Source: an uncultured bacterium
GTDB taxonomy: Bacteria; Actinomycetota; Coriobacteriia; Coriobacteriales; Coriobacteriaceae
NCBI GenBank assembly: GCA_905216175.1
Contig: CAJMSV010000002.1
Coordinates: 5,725-69,724 of the forward strand
DNA: 64,000 bases
Reading direction: 5' to 3'
The notes under the pieces were generated by a model that was not told the origin of the DNA, made no database searches, and saw nothing but the letters and a program-made list of their open reading frames with translations. This document shows, piece by piece, positions 39,358-48,824 of the stretch; within the stretch, counting starts at the first letter, position 1, and the number at the start of each line of letters is the position of its first letter. The translations under genes were made by a program, and so were the position numbers.

Positions 39358-40311
39358 CTACTGGCCGCGCACGCGGCGGGCGATGCGGTCGGAAAGCGAC
39401 GCCTTGTCGGCGCGGTTCTTACCCCAAAACGCGCAGGCCACCATGCCGGGGCCCACGTGCGAGCCGATGGTGGGGCCCACGGAGCTGCGAATGATCGTGA
39501 CGTCGGCGCAGCCCTCCTCCTTGCGGATGGCGGCTTCGAGCCAGTCACCGTCCTTTTCGGCATCGGCCGTCATGATGGCGATGGGCATGGTGCGGTCGGG
39601 CACGTAGTTCTCGCGGAACGACTTGAGGATGGACTTGAGCGCCTTCTTGCGGCCGCGGTTGACACCGATCAGCGACAGCGAGCCGGCAAGGTCGTAGGAG
39701 AGTTCGGGCTTGACATCGAGCTTTGCCGTGAGCTGAGCCGCCGCGGGCGGAATGCGGCCGCCGGCAGCCAGTGCGTCGAAGCTCTCGAGCGTAAAGTAGC
39801 CGTGGACGTAGGTCTTTGCCTCGTTTGCCCAATCGACCAGCTGCTTGGCGGTCAGTCCCGCCGAACGCTGACGCACGGCCTCGAGCGCCAAGAGCGCGCC
39901 GGTCGCGCAGGGCAACGCGTTGTCGACCACGTACAGCTCAAAGTTGGGATACTCGGCACGCACGGCGTCCGCCGCCTGACACGCGGAGTTGTAGCTCGAC
40001 GACAACGCCGAGGTAAAGCACAGGTAGACCGTGGGCGTGCCCTCTTTGGCGCACTCGGTAAAGAACTCGATATAGCGACCGAGCGACACAGCCGAGGTGG
40101 ACACGCGGGCACCGGCGCGCATGCGGTCGTAAAACTCCTTGGGTGTGATGCTCGACCAGATGTCATCCGTGCGTTCCTCGCCATCGATAATGAAGGGGAA
40201 ACCCAGGATATCGACATCGAGGTTCGCGGCGACCTCGGGGCTAAAGTCGCAGCAGGTATCGACGACGATGCGGCAACGGTCCGAATGACCGGCGGATGCG
40301 GCCTTGTCCAT
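39358..40311 (-). CDS. DegV-family fatty-acid-binding protein
   Basis: IVVDTCCD, STSAV, SALSSSY, GGRI and IGSHVGPG motifs. Confidence 0.9.
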   Translation of the reverse strand: MDKAASAGHSDRCRIVVDTCCDFSPEVAANLDVDILGFPFIIDGEERTDDIWSSITPKEFYDRMRAGARVSTSAVSLGRYIEFFTECAKEGTPTVYLCFTSALSSSYNSACQAADAVRAEYPNFELYVVDNALPCATGALLALEAVRQRSAGLTAKQLVDWANEAKTYVHGYFTLESFDALAAGGRIPPAAAQLTAKLDVKPELSYDLAGSLSLIGVNRGRKKALKSILKSFRENYVPDRTMPIAIMTADAEKDGDWLEAAIRKEEGCADVTIIRSSVGPTIGSHVGPGMVACAFWGKNRADKASLSDRIARRVRGQ

Positions 40312-40390
40312 CAAAGCGACTCCTTACGTAAAAAGGCGGCCACCCGCATGGGATGGCCGCCAACCGTTAACTCATGCAAGTTAACGTATT

Positions 40391-40975
40391 TTACTCGTCA
40401 AGTGTTTCGATGCGGGGCTTGATGATGCCATATCCACCATTCTTACGGTGATACACCACATTGATAAGGCCGGTCGTCGCGTTCTCGAACACGTAGAAGT
40501 CGTGACCGAGCAGATCGGTCTGCACCAGCGCCTGCTCCTCAGTCATCGGGGTGACGTCGATAACCTTCTCGCGGACGAGCAGGTCGTCCTCTTCCTCGGG
40601 CAGCAGCAGGTCGGCCAGATCCTCGACGCGCTCGACCGGCGCAACATCCGCGGCGCTGGCACCGCCCTGGCGGTTGTCCACGACCTTGGTCTTGAACTTG
40701 CGCAGCTGGCGGGTGACCTTATCGGCGGAGAGGTCGATGGCGGCGTACATATCTGCACCGTGCTCGGCAACGCGAATCACCGAACCGCGGGCACGAACCG
40801 TGACCTCGACGATTGCCGGGTTGGGATTCGAGGGGTTCTTCTCATAGCGAAGTACAACGTCGACCGTCATGGGCTCGATATCGAAAACCTTGAGCGCCTC
40901 GCCGATCTTCTCATCCACATGCGCACGCAGAGCATCGGTTACCGTCGTCTTGCGTCCAGAAACCTTGATATCCAT
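40391..40975 (-). CDS. hpf: Long-form ribosome hibernation promoting factor (HPF/RaiA)
   Basis: MDIKVSGRK, DMYAAIDL, RQLRKFK, PMTEEQA...LLGHDFYVF...VVYHRKNGGYG. Confidence 0.95.
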   Translation of the reverse strand: MDIKVSGRKTTVTDALRAHVDEKIGEALKVFDIEPMTVDVVLRYEKNPSNPNPAIVEVTVRARGSVIRVAEHGADMYAAIDLSADKVTRQLRKFKTKVVDNRQGGASAADVAPVERVEDLADLLLPEEEDDLLVREKVIDVTPMTEEQALVQTDLLGHDFYVFENATTGLINVVYHRKNGGYGIIKPRIETLDE

Positions 40976-41292
40976 ACGTGGCTCCAATCTGCCTCGGGGA
41001 CTTACTGTACTGGCTATGTACCCATTGCCGTGCATTTAATCACGCGGATTCCTAAAGACCCGAATAACGATTGCTTGATACCGCATACCGAAGTCTCGTA
41101 CTTTTCCATGGCAAAGTGCGCTATAGGAGGGAGCCGACAGATTTGTATTTGGTCCCGAAAATTGCCTTTGACCTGCTGGTTTTATAGGGATGAAAAAGCC
41201 GGGCTCCCCTATTGGGGAAGCCCGGCAGTGCGTGTTGAAACCGTGAAGAAGTATCCTTTCCAACGTACAGGAGACACCACCCCTAGCAATAA

Positions 41293-42318
41293 CTAGCTAT
41301 TGAGTTTGTTAATGTCGTCGTCGGTGATGGTGCCTTCCTGGCTGGACGATTTGTCCTCGGAGGATGCGGTCTCATTGTTGGAATCGGAAGACTCGCTGCC
41401 GGAGGACGTGGTCTCACTGGACTCAGAGTCGCCCGGTTGCACGTTAGCGCCCGAAACCGTCTTAGTGGTGAGGTCGTAGGGCATCCTGCCATACCAGACG
41501 CAGTGAACTGCCTCGAGCGTACCGTCGACCGTGATGTCGTCGAGGGCATCGCTCACGGCACGGCACAGTTCGTCATTGGACGAGAGGCCCGCAACACCAA
41601 GCGTCGAGGGCGCCTCGAGCGCGCCGACATAGGAGACCTCGCTCATCAGGCGTGCAAGGTAGCCGCCGGCCGTGGAGTCGCAGATCACATAGTCGACCTC
41701 TCCGGACTCGAGCGCCTCAAAGCACTCGTTGATGTTGGAGTAGGTCTTTTGGTTGGCGGTAATGCTCTGCTTGGCAAGCGCCTCCTGCGAGGCCGAGGAC
41801 ATCTGGACACCCAGGGTAGACGTGTTAAGGGTATCGGTGGAAACGCTTAGCGACCCACCATCGCTGGTTTTACCGAACACAGAAGCGGCATCGTACAGGC
41901 AGGTGCCGAGCGAGCTAACGTCCCCGTCTGTGGAGTTGATCTCGCCGATAAAGACATCAGCCTTTTTGTCGCCGAGCGCGGAACCTGCCGAGGACGCATC
42001 GACAAAGGCGACCTTAAGGCCCATGCGGCTTGCGAGGGCGCGGGCGACGTCAACCGCATACCCCGTGAGCTCGCCGTCGGCGCCCTGCATGGCCTGCGGA
42101 GCATCGGAAGTATCGAGGGCGACCGTCAGGGTTCCGGGAGTGACCAGGGCATCGTCCGACACCGCCGGCGTGACGGTCTCGTACTCGATCTGGTCGATCG
42201 TGGGAGTCGTGAACGTAGACAGCGGGTTGAACGCGCATCCGCTCAGGCCCAAAACGGCGATGACCGCTGCGGTCCCAGCACCTAACCGAGCCGCGTGCAT
42301 CAAGCTGCCCCTCACCAT
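41293..42318 (-). CDS. Substrate-binding (family 3-like) lipoprotein
   Basis: Signal peptide with LSGC lipobox, GTLTVAL, GYAVDVARALA; start 42318 or 42300; the upstream extension of the ORF overlaps the ncRNA and is not considered coding. Confidence 0.8.
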   Translation of the reverse strand: MVRGSLMHAARLGAGTAAVIAVLGLSGCAFNPLSTFTTPTIDQIEYETVTPAVSDDALVTPGTLTVALDTSDAPQAMQGADGELTGYAVDVARALASRMGLKVAFVDASSAGSALGDKKADVFIGEINSTDGDVSSLGTCLYDAASVFGKTSDGGSLSVSTDTLNTSTLGVQMSSASQEALAKQSITANQKTYSNINECFEALESGEVDYVICDSTAGGYLARLMSEVSYVGALEAPSTLGVAGLSSNDELCRAVSDALDDITVDGTLEAVHCVWYGRMPYDLTTKTVSGANVQPGDSESSETTSSGSESSDSNNETASSEDKSSSQEGTITDDDINKLNS

Positions 42319-42377
42319 GTCCGCTACCCTGCCTTCTGTGTCGTATACGATCCGTGCCCTGCACGGGATATCGGGTT

Positions 42378-42642
42378 GTTCCCACCAGCTGACCTGGTAT
42401 TTGACCCCACACTTGCGCACCGGGGTGTTTGCTCGGGAGGCCGCAGCCACCTTCACGACTGGCCCGCTCGCCCGCGAGGCGGTATTGCCCCAAAGAAAGT
42501 AGAACGGACGGTGCGGCTTACATCTAGGACGCGCCATGATCGCGCCGCGCGCACGCGGTCGCTTACGTGGATCCCTTTGACCGCGTCTGTCTTGGACTAG
42601 GACGGGCATTTCGTCCGTCCGCAACCACAGCCTGGTAGGAAC
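42378..42642 (-). ncRNA. raiA motif structured RNA
   Basis: Minus strand: GUUCCUACCAG-GCUGUGGUUG...GAUCCACGUAAG...GAUCAUGGCGCG..CUAGAUGUAAG...AAGUGUGGGGUCAAAUACCAGGUCAG-CUGGUGGGAAC. The 5' and 3' ends pair, and the conserved blocks match the raiA-motif consensus as I recall it. Context of comF, binding protein and hpf/raiA fits. Confidence 0.85.
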
Positions 42643-42649
42643 GAAGCGC

Positions 42650-42655
42650 ATTATA
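42650..42655 (-). promoter_or_regulatory. Sigma-A -10 box for the raiA RNA
   Basis: TATAAT on the minus strand, 7 nt upstream of the closing helix. Confidence 0.65.
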
Positions 42656-42799
42656 GCTAAGTTCAAGCTAAAGTTTAAGGTTAGGGGCGTCATTCGCATC
42701 GCGAGTACAGATTTCGCAGGTCGAAGCGGGCCGTTCGTGGCCCCGTGAAGCCCAGAGCTCCCCTGCGGGGAGCTCCGGGGCACCCGTCTCAGGGTGCCG

Positions 42800-43016
42800 T
42801 GTGCAAAAAACGGCAAATATGAGTACTGTTACCAATTTAGTAGCAGCGTATTACCGCCTCACAAGCCCTTTTTGAGTTCCGCACAGCCTGCTTGGCGCCA
42901 AGATATTCCACATTCGTTTATTATCTCTTCGCTGAATCCAGATTATCGGCCCAAGTTTCTTTGTTTTTGCTGTCACTAATCTAGTAACAGTACTCATATT
43001 TGCCGTTTTTTGCACA
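42800..43016. mobile_element. MITE-like element, copy 1 (217 bp)
   Basis: Perfect 33-bp terminal inverted repeats TGTGCAAAAAACGGCAAATATGAGTACTGTTAC (42800-42832 / 42984-43016); AT-rich non-coding core; no TSD seen. Confidence 0.7.
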
Positions 43017-43051
43017 GAGCATATAAACAGACCCCCTATAAAGCCATAGTT

Positions 43052-44161
43052 TTACGCTGGTTTGAGCCCAAAGCACGCTCGGAGCGTATTCAGCAGAGCA
43101 TCTTGCCTCTTTCGACGAGCCTCTACGCGATTCTGATATCGCTTACCCATACGCTGGTGGATGCGCCATGCGAGTGCTTCCATCGCTTCCATGTCACAGA
43201 GCATTTCGTTGTTGACCGTCGCGACCTCGATTCCCATAGTAATCAAGCCCGTGTTGCGCTTTTCATCATGGATACGTCCCCTCCGGGAGGAATGACCCAG
43301 CTCACCGTTGTATTCCAGGTCAAACCGGGCTGCTTCCTGATACGCATCGCAAACTGCATGCGGCATCCCCGAGATTGCCTGCGCGCGGTCATCGAACTCA
43401 ATCTTGTAGTCGGTCTTAAAGGGACCGCAGGCAAATCCGCCATAGGAAAACGGAAGCGAAAACAGAGCGAGCATGATGCACTCCATGGGCGAGCGCAAGT
43501 TTTCTGACAAGTAGGGACACAGACGCTGCAGTTTTTTGGCCGCATTCCCCTTGCATACCGCGAGGTAATCTGCCAGACGATCGGGCATCAGCACCGGCTC
43601 AACCTCAAAGTAGCCCACATCTGCTGGCTGGTCCTTGTCCTTTGCAAGTTTATTCGTAACAGGCGAGGTGTAGGGAGGCAGATACTTCCCGCGGTCACTC
43701 AGCGAAATCTTAGAGCACAGCTCCTGAGCCAGGGCAAATGCCTGGATGCAGCCGACCTCGCGCGCAACGGCAACACAAAGGGCCTCGGGAGATAGACTGT
43801 ACACCCCCGGTTCCACCTCTAGAATCGAGCCGGCGGGCAACCCGGAGCATACGGACCAGCTCACGCCAAGAATGCGGCGGCGCTGCGCTGCAGACCCTAC
43901 CAGCAAGCACAGATCCTCTTGCACCTCGCTGCTTGCGGCCCCAATCCGCACCAAGTCGGGAAGATAGATGTCCTCGGTCGAGGGCGACGACGTGCGCAGC
44001 ACACGGCGCTCTTCATCGGGATTAAGGTCCTTCCAGCTTATGTAGCCCATCTGCCGGCGCTCGGCGCGCATCATGCGTAGCGCCGAGGCGCCTGTTAGGA
44101 TTTCGGAAGCCGCTAGCTGTTCGTCTGTCGGCTCGTTGCGCCGCTCAATCTTCACTGCCAC
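43052..44161 (-). CDS. DUF559/Vsr-like (AbiEi-type) nuclease-fold protein
   Basis: SPEAL, LRSPME..., GGF, CD...DLEYNG..H...DEKR..L..MG pattern; GTG start just after the comF stop. Confidence 0.6.
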   Translation of the reverse strand: MAVKIERRNEPTDEQLAASEILTGASALRMMRAERRQMGYISWKDLNPDEERRVLRTSSPSTEDIYLPDLVRIGAASSEVQEDLCLLVGSAAQRRRILGVSWSVCSGLPAGSILEVEPGVYSLSPEALCVAVAREVGCIQAFALAQELCSKISLSDRGKYLPPYTSPVTNKLAKDKDQPADVGYFEVEPVLMPDRLADYLAVCKGNAAKKLQRLCPYLSENLRSPMECIMLALFSLPFSYGGFACGPFKTDYKIEFDDRAQAISGMPHAVCDAYQEAARFDLEYNGELGHSSRRGRIHDEKRNTGLITMGIEVATVNNEMLCDMEAMEALAWRIHQRMGKRYQNRVEARRKRQDALLNTLRACFGLKPA

Positions 44162-44171
44162 AAAACCACCC

Positions 44172-44978
44172 CTACCAAACACGTGCGATAGCAAGGCCAT
44201 CGACTGCTGCGGCGCCGGCGCGCTTGAGTTCCGTCGAAGCCGCGGCCATCGTCGCGCCCGTGGTGATAACGTCATCGATAAGCAGCAAGCGGCGGCCGTG
44301 CACGTCCTCAACGGTCTCATACATGCCTCGGGCGCGTTCACGGCGCTCCTCACGACCGAGTTCGCGCTGGTCGCCATGCCCGTACTTGACGAGAGCATCG
44401 AGCAGAGGAACACCCGACAGCTCGCAAAATGGACGCGCAATAGCCTCCATATGATCAAAACCACGCCGCCGAAACGCTGCCGCCGTCGCAGGCACAAACA
44501 CCACCGCATCCGCACCGGACAGCACACCTCCGTAGCGATCGGGCGCTACGACCTGGGCATGCAGGGCGGTATCGTAGAGCAGCTCCGCCAGATACGGAGC
44601 CAGACGTCGCTCGCCCGCATCCTTGTACGCTTTAATGATCCGCGGCAGCGGATGCGTGTAAACGGCGCACGCCAGGCAGCGGTCGAGCGCCTCCGCCATT
44701 GCCGAGGACGTGCCCTCGACCGAACACTCAGTGCACAGCAAATCCCCAAACGGGGCGCCGCATCGGGTACAGCTATGACGTGGGTCGATGAGCGTGAGCG
44801 CGGCCAGGCAGTCTTGGCAAATAGGCGCACCGGCGCGCTCGCAGCCGGCACATCGTGTTGGCGACAATGCCTCAAGCGCCTCGTACGTCGCGTGCTCGGC
44901 AAACGGTAGCAATTCGTCCGCAAACGGTAGGGCACCGGCTCCCTGCAGACGGCTCAATATGTTCAGATAGCTCTTCAA
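44172..44978 (-). CDS. comF: ComF-family protein (double zinc ribbon plus phosphoribosyltransferase)
   Basis: CxxC pairs, RRRGFDH and LLIDDVITTGAT motifs. Confidence 0.9.
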   Translation of the reverse strand: MKSYLNILSRLQGAGALPFADELLPFAEHATYEALEALSPTRCAGCERAGAPICQDCLAALTLIDPRHSCTRCGAPFGDLLCTECSVEGTSSAMAEALDRCLACAVYTHPLPRIIKAYKDAGERRLAPYLAELLYDTALHAQVVAPDRYGGVLSGADAVVFVPATAAAFRRRGFDHMEAIARPFCELSGVPLLDALVKYGHGDQRELGREERRERARGMYETVEDVHGRRLLLIDDVITTGATMAAASTELKRAGAAAVDGLAIARVW

Positions 44979-45080
44979 GACACAACCCTCCCTACGTTCG
45001 GTCGCAGGGAGGGTTGTTGATTCGGCGCAATGATACCCCGATGCGCTCGGGGCAAGGCGGGCTAAATCCGCTCGCGGGCG

Positions 45081-46781
45081 TTATTCGCCGGCGGGCGGTT
45101 GCGGTGCGGGCGAAGACGGGGTCGAGCCCTCGCCACCATCCTGGCGCGGCTTGCGGGAACGGCGACGGCGACGGCGCTTTTGACCCTGGTCGGCCGAGCC
45201 CTCGCCACCGCGATCCTCGCGCGGCTCGCGCTCGTCGCGAGCGGCGCCACGCGAAGCCTTGGCAGCAGCTCCCCCGCCATCTCCGGGACGACGGCGCGTG
45301 ACCTTGACTTCGCCATCCGAGACCTGATCGGCCACGGAGGGCACTGAGGGCTTCTGCTGCGCGCCCGAGGAATGGCGACGGCGCGGACGCGGCGCGCGCT
45401 CCTCCTCGCCACGTGACTTGCCGCCCTTGTCGGCAGGCGCATCGGAACCCGAACCACCCTTGGGGGCGGCACCAGCCTCGCGAGCAGCTGCGGCGCGGAA
45501 GGCGTCCTCGCGCTCCTCGCTCGACAGATGACGGCGGCGACGACGTGTGGGGTTCATGCCGCCGCCGCGATTCTGCTGCTGGGGCTGCTGAACCTCGCGC
45601 TCGCGGGGAGAATTCTTGCCTGCAGATGCGGCCTCACCGGCATCGCCCGAACCCGCGCGCTTGCGGCGGCGACGGCCATCGGCCGCCCCCTCGGCCTCAG
45701 GCGCCTCGGCCTTGCCGCGGCCCTTTCCGCGGCCACGACCCTCGCCCTGGCCCTGACCGGCGCGAGCATCGGATTCGGCATCGCGACGACGGCGCTTGGG
45801 CATCGACGTGCCGGCCAGACGGTCGGCACTCGACAGGCCATCGCCCACGTCGACGCCGTTCTCACGATCGAGCTCCATGAGCGCCAGGCGCATCTCGGGC
45901 GACTCGATGCGCTCGAGCACGTCGCGCGTCACGCAGTCGGGGCGGCAGTTGCAGCCCTGCTCGGCGGCCTTCTTTTTGCAACCCTCCGAGCACGTCATAT
46001 CGGCTAGGTTGACCTTAAAAACCTTGCCGTTCTCCAGGCGCAGCACCAGCTGCTCACGCGGCGTGTCATATTCCTGAATACGCGCCTTGCCGAGCGGCGT
46101 ATCGATGAGCGTCTTCTTTTTGGGCGCACGGCTCTTAAAGTCCTTGTAGGCCTCGAACTCGTAGCGCAGGCAGCACATCAGACGACCGCACACGCCACTG
46201 ATCTTGGAGGAATTGAGCGGCAGGTCTTGCTCTTTTGCCATGCGAATCGAGACGGGTTCAAACTGTCCGCCAAAGCGCGTGCAGCAGAGCTCCTGTCCGC
46301 ACTGGGCGTAGCCACCCACCAGGCGGGTCTCGTCGCGCACGCCGATCTGGCGCATGTCGACGCGAATGTGCAGCGTCGAGGACAGATCCTTGACGAGCTG
46401 GCGAAAATCGACGCGCTCCTCGGCCGCAAAGTAGAACACGGCCTTCTCGCCGCCAAACAGGTACTCGACGCCGACCGGCTTCATCTCGAGGTCGAGCTCC
46501 TTGACCAGGCGGCGGAAGTCGACCATCGCCTCGTCGCCTTGGATGGCCAGGTCGTCGGCAAGCTGCAGGTCGATGTCGCTCGCCACGCGCAGCACGGGCT
46601 TGAGCGGCTGACCGATCTCGTCTTGCGGCACCTCAAAGGGATCGGCCGTGACCAGGCCGATCTCGGTTCCGCGCTCGGTGGAGCAAATGGCATAATCGGC
46701 CTCGAGGATATCCAAATCCTGCGGATCGAACCACAGGTCGCGCGAGGCGTAGGTAAACTTAACGGGTACGACTAACGGCAT
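45081..46781 (-). CDS. PSP1-domain protein (RicT/YaaT-like) with long disordered tail
   Basis: RVDFRQLVKDL, MRQIGVRDE, CGQELCC, SIRMAKEQ and SGVCGRLMCCLRYE motifs. Confidence 0.88.
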   Translation of the reverse strand: MPLVVPVKFTYASRDLWFDPQDLDILEADYAICSTERGTEIGLVTADPFEVPQDEIGQPLKPVLRVASDIDLQLADDLAIQGDEAMVDFRRLVKELDLEMKPVGVEYLFGGEKAVFYFAAEERVDFRQLVKDLSSTLHIRVDMRQIGVRDETRLVGGYAQCGQELCCTRFGGQFEPVSIRMAKEQDLPLNSSKISGVCGRLMCCLRYEFEAYKDFKSRAPKKKTLIDTPLGKARIQEYDTPREQLVLRLENGKVFKVNLADMTCSEGCKKKAAEQGCNCRPDCVTRDVLERIESPEMRLALMELDRENGVDVGDGLSSADRLAGTSMPKRRRRDAESDARAGQGQGEGRGRGKGRGKAEAPEAEGAADGRRRRKRAGSGDAGEAASAGKNSPREREVQQPQQQNRGGGMNPTRRRRRHLSSEEREDAFRAAAAREAGAAPKGGSGSDAPADKGGKSRGEEERAPRPRRRHSSGAQQKPSVPSVADQVSDGEVKVTRRRPGDGGGAAAKASRGAARDEREPREDRGGEGSADQGQKRRRRRRSRKPRQDGGEGSTPSSPAPQPPAGE

Positions 46782-47899
46782 TTCAGTGCCTTCCTGATAT
46801 CGAACAGCATGACCTCGATGGCCAGCTGGGGAGTAACGTTTCTGGCGATGTTGCGCTCGGCGGTCGCGACTGCCTCGAGCGCCCGGGTGGCACCCGCAAC
46901 ATTGGTCGCAGCGGCAAGCCGACCGATCGTGTCGCGCACGTCTTCGTTCACCACGTCGGCCGCCTCGTCCTGAAGAGTCAGCAGCACATCGCGCATGAGC
47001 GTCCGCGCGCTCGCCAGCGCTTCCATGATACCCGAACGCTCGCGCGCGTTGAGTTCGCGCTTGTTGCGGTCCTCAAGCTGCTTCAATGCTCCACGCGACA
47101 GGTAGTCGGCGTTTTGCTCGAGCACCTTTTCCTGCGTGGACTTGACCTCGGCTAACGGCGCCTTAACGGCGACGATGAGTGACTTGGCACGGCTGAGCAC
47201 GTCGGCCTCGTCGGCGGCAATGAGCGAATCGATGGCACGAACCATCTGACGGCGGGCGTCCTGGCGCTCGGCGCTCTTGAGGAACTCGATGCCACGCGTG
47301 GGGCTTCCCGCTACGGCGACGGCCATGCGGCAACGCGCAGGGTCCTGACCGGTGGCGCGGCTCACGGCCTGAGCGGCGACGGCGGGCGACACCAGCCGAA
47401 ACGGCACGCACTGGCAGCGGCTCACGATGGTGGGCAACATCACGTCTGCCGAGGTGCCCAGCAAGATAAACATAACGCCCTCGGGCGGCTCCTCGAGTGT
47501 TTTGAGCAGTGCGTTGGCGGTGTTGGCGCGCAGCTGCTCGGCACGGTCAATGATGTAGACCTTGGCCTTGGCGCGGATGGGCGCCAGGGGTACGTCGTCG
47601 AGTAGCTCGCGGGTCTGGGCAATGAGGTAGCCCGTGGCGCTCTCGGGCGTGTAATAGTGCACGTCGGGATGCGTGTGCCGCGCAACGCGCACGCAGCTGT
47701 CGCATGCGCCGCAGCCGTCCTGCTCGCACAGGAAGGCCTGGGCGAGCGCCCATGCGGCATCGAGCTTGCCGGCGCCGGGAGCGCCCAAAAACAGGTAGGC
47801 GTGCGATGCGCGGCCGCTGGCGACGGCGTTGGTCAAAAAGTCGCGCACGCGCTCTTGGGTGTCGAGCTTGGCCAGCAGGCTTGTCTGAGCGGGGGCCAC
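46772..47899 (-). CDS. holB: DNA polymerase III delta' subunit
   Basis: SHAYLFLGAPGAGK, CGACDSC, HPDV, ANALLKTLEEPP and TIVSRC motifs; follows tmk. Confidence 0.9.
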   Translation of the reverse strand: MAPAQTSLLAKLDTQERVRDFLTNAVASGRASHAYLFLGAPGAGKLDAAWALAQAFLCEQDGCGACDSCVRVARHTHPDVHYYTPESATGYLIAQTRELLDDVPLAPIRAKAKVYIIDRAEQLRANTANALLKTLEEPPEGVMFILLGTSADVMLPTIVSRCQCVPFRLVSPAVAAQAVSRATGQDPARCRMAVAVAGSPTRGIEFLKSAERQDARRQMVRAIDSLIAADEADVLSRAKSLIVAVKAPLAEVKSTQEKVLEQNADYLSRGALKQLEDRNKRELNARERSGIMEALASARTLMRDVLLTLQDEAADVVNEDVRDTIGRLAAATNVAGATRALEAVATAERNIARNVTPQLAIEVMLFDIRKALKCR

Positions 47900-47900
47900 G

Positions 47901-48584
47901 TTACTCGGCCTCCTTGGCAAGTGCGGCGGCGACGGCGTCTTGCGGAATGTCGAGACCGTACGCGCGAACCTGCTCGACCGTCTTCGCAAAGACTTCCTCG
48001 ATGGACGCGGTCGCGTCGATGAGCTTTACGCGGTTTGGCTCCTCGGCGGCAATTGCGCAAAAACCCTGGTAGACACGCTCTTGGAAGGCCATGCCCTTGG
48101 CCTCCATGCGGTCGGCCGCACCGCGGTCGGCCATGCGCAGCGCCGCCTGCTCGGGCGTGATGTGATAGACGAGCGTGAGCGCCGGGTGCGTACCCGCGAC
48201 GGCCAGGTTGTTGGCGTCGCGCACCATCTGGCGATCGAGGCCATCGGCAAACGCCTGGTAGCAGGTCGTGGAATCGTAGAAGCGATCGCACAGGACCACC
48301 TTACCGACAGCAAGGGCGGGCACGATGACCTCGTGCACCAACTGAGCGCGCGCCGCCTCGTAGAGCAACAACTCGCAGGTGTCGCCCATCGCCGTGTTGG
48401 CGGGGTCGAGCAGCAGAGCACGGATCTTTTCGCTGATGGCGGTACCGCCCGGCTCGCGCAGGCTCACAACCTGGTAGCCAGCGAGTTCGAGCGCGCGGGC
48501 AAGCAGGCGCGCCTGCGTGGACTTGCCGGCGCCATCGACGCCCTCGAGCGTGATAAAGCTATGTTGAGCGGGCTCAAAAGCCAT
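47901..48584 (-). CDS. tmk: Thymidylate kinase
   Basis: FITLEGVDGAGKSTQ, REPGGT and LCDRFYDS motifs. Confidence 0.95.
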   Translation of the reverse strand: MAFEPAQHSFITLEGVDGAGKSTQARLLARALELAGYQVVSLREPGGTAISEKIRALLLDPANTAMGDTCELLLYEAARAQLVHEVIVPALAVGKVVLCDRFYDSTTCYQAFADGLDRQMVRDANNLAVAGTHPALTLVYHITPEQAALRMADRGAADRMEAKGMAFQERVYQGFCAIAAEEPNRVKLIDATASIEEVFAKTVEQVRAYGLDIPQDAVAAALAKEAE

Positions 48585-48687
48585 GGGCGCAGTCCCTTCC
48601 TACAAGGCGCGTAAATGCGATTTATAGCAACCAAGCCATGATACCCCAGTGCTCGGTGCGTCCCCAATGGCTAAAGGTGCCTTTCCA

Positions 48688-48756
48688 AAGTTGCGGTGAA
48701 ATAGGGACTGATTGAAGCTCTGAGACCGCCAAACAGTCCCTATTTCACCGCAACTT
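48688..48756. repeat. Palindromic element, left copy
   Basis: Perfect 23-bp arms AAGTTGCGGTGAAATAGGGACTG / CAGTCCCTATTTCACCGCAACTT with a 23-nt loop. Confidence 0.9.
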
Positions 48757-48824
48757 ATGATGGGGAATTTTGGACGCTGGGTATAATCGTCGTATTGCAT
48801 TGAAATGTGGCGAAAGGAGTGGCA

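Noticed and set aside
21850..42725. Scattered intergenic (T/G)ACCTGC / GCAGGT motifs (near 21856, 33278, 33379, 41171, 42716)
   Set aside because: Too short to distinguish from chance without a genome-wide count, and no consistent spacing was seen.
42319..42816. N-terminal extension of the substrate-binding protein ORF
   Set aside because: It overlaps the raiA RNA and its promoter, and the lipoprotein signal peptide starts near 42318/42300.
44162..44527. N-terminal extension of the 491-aa ORF as a comF fusion or frameshift product
   Set aside because: It overlaps comF in another frame. comF is complete with its own stop, and a GTG start follows it.
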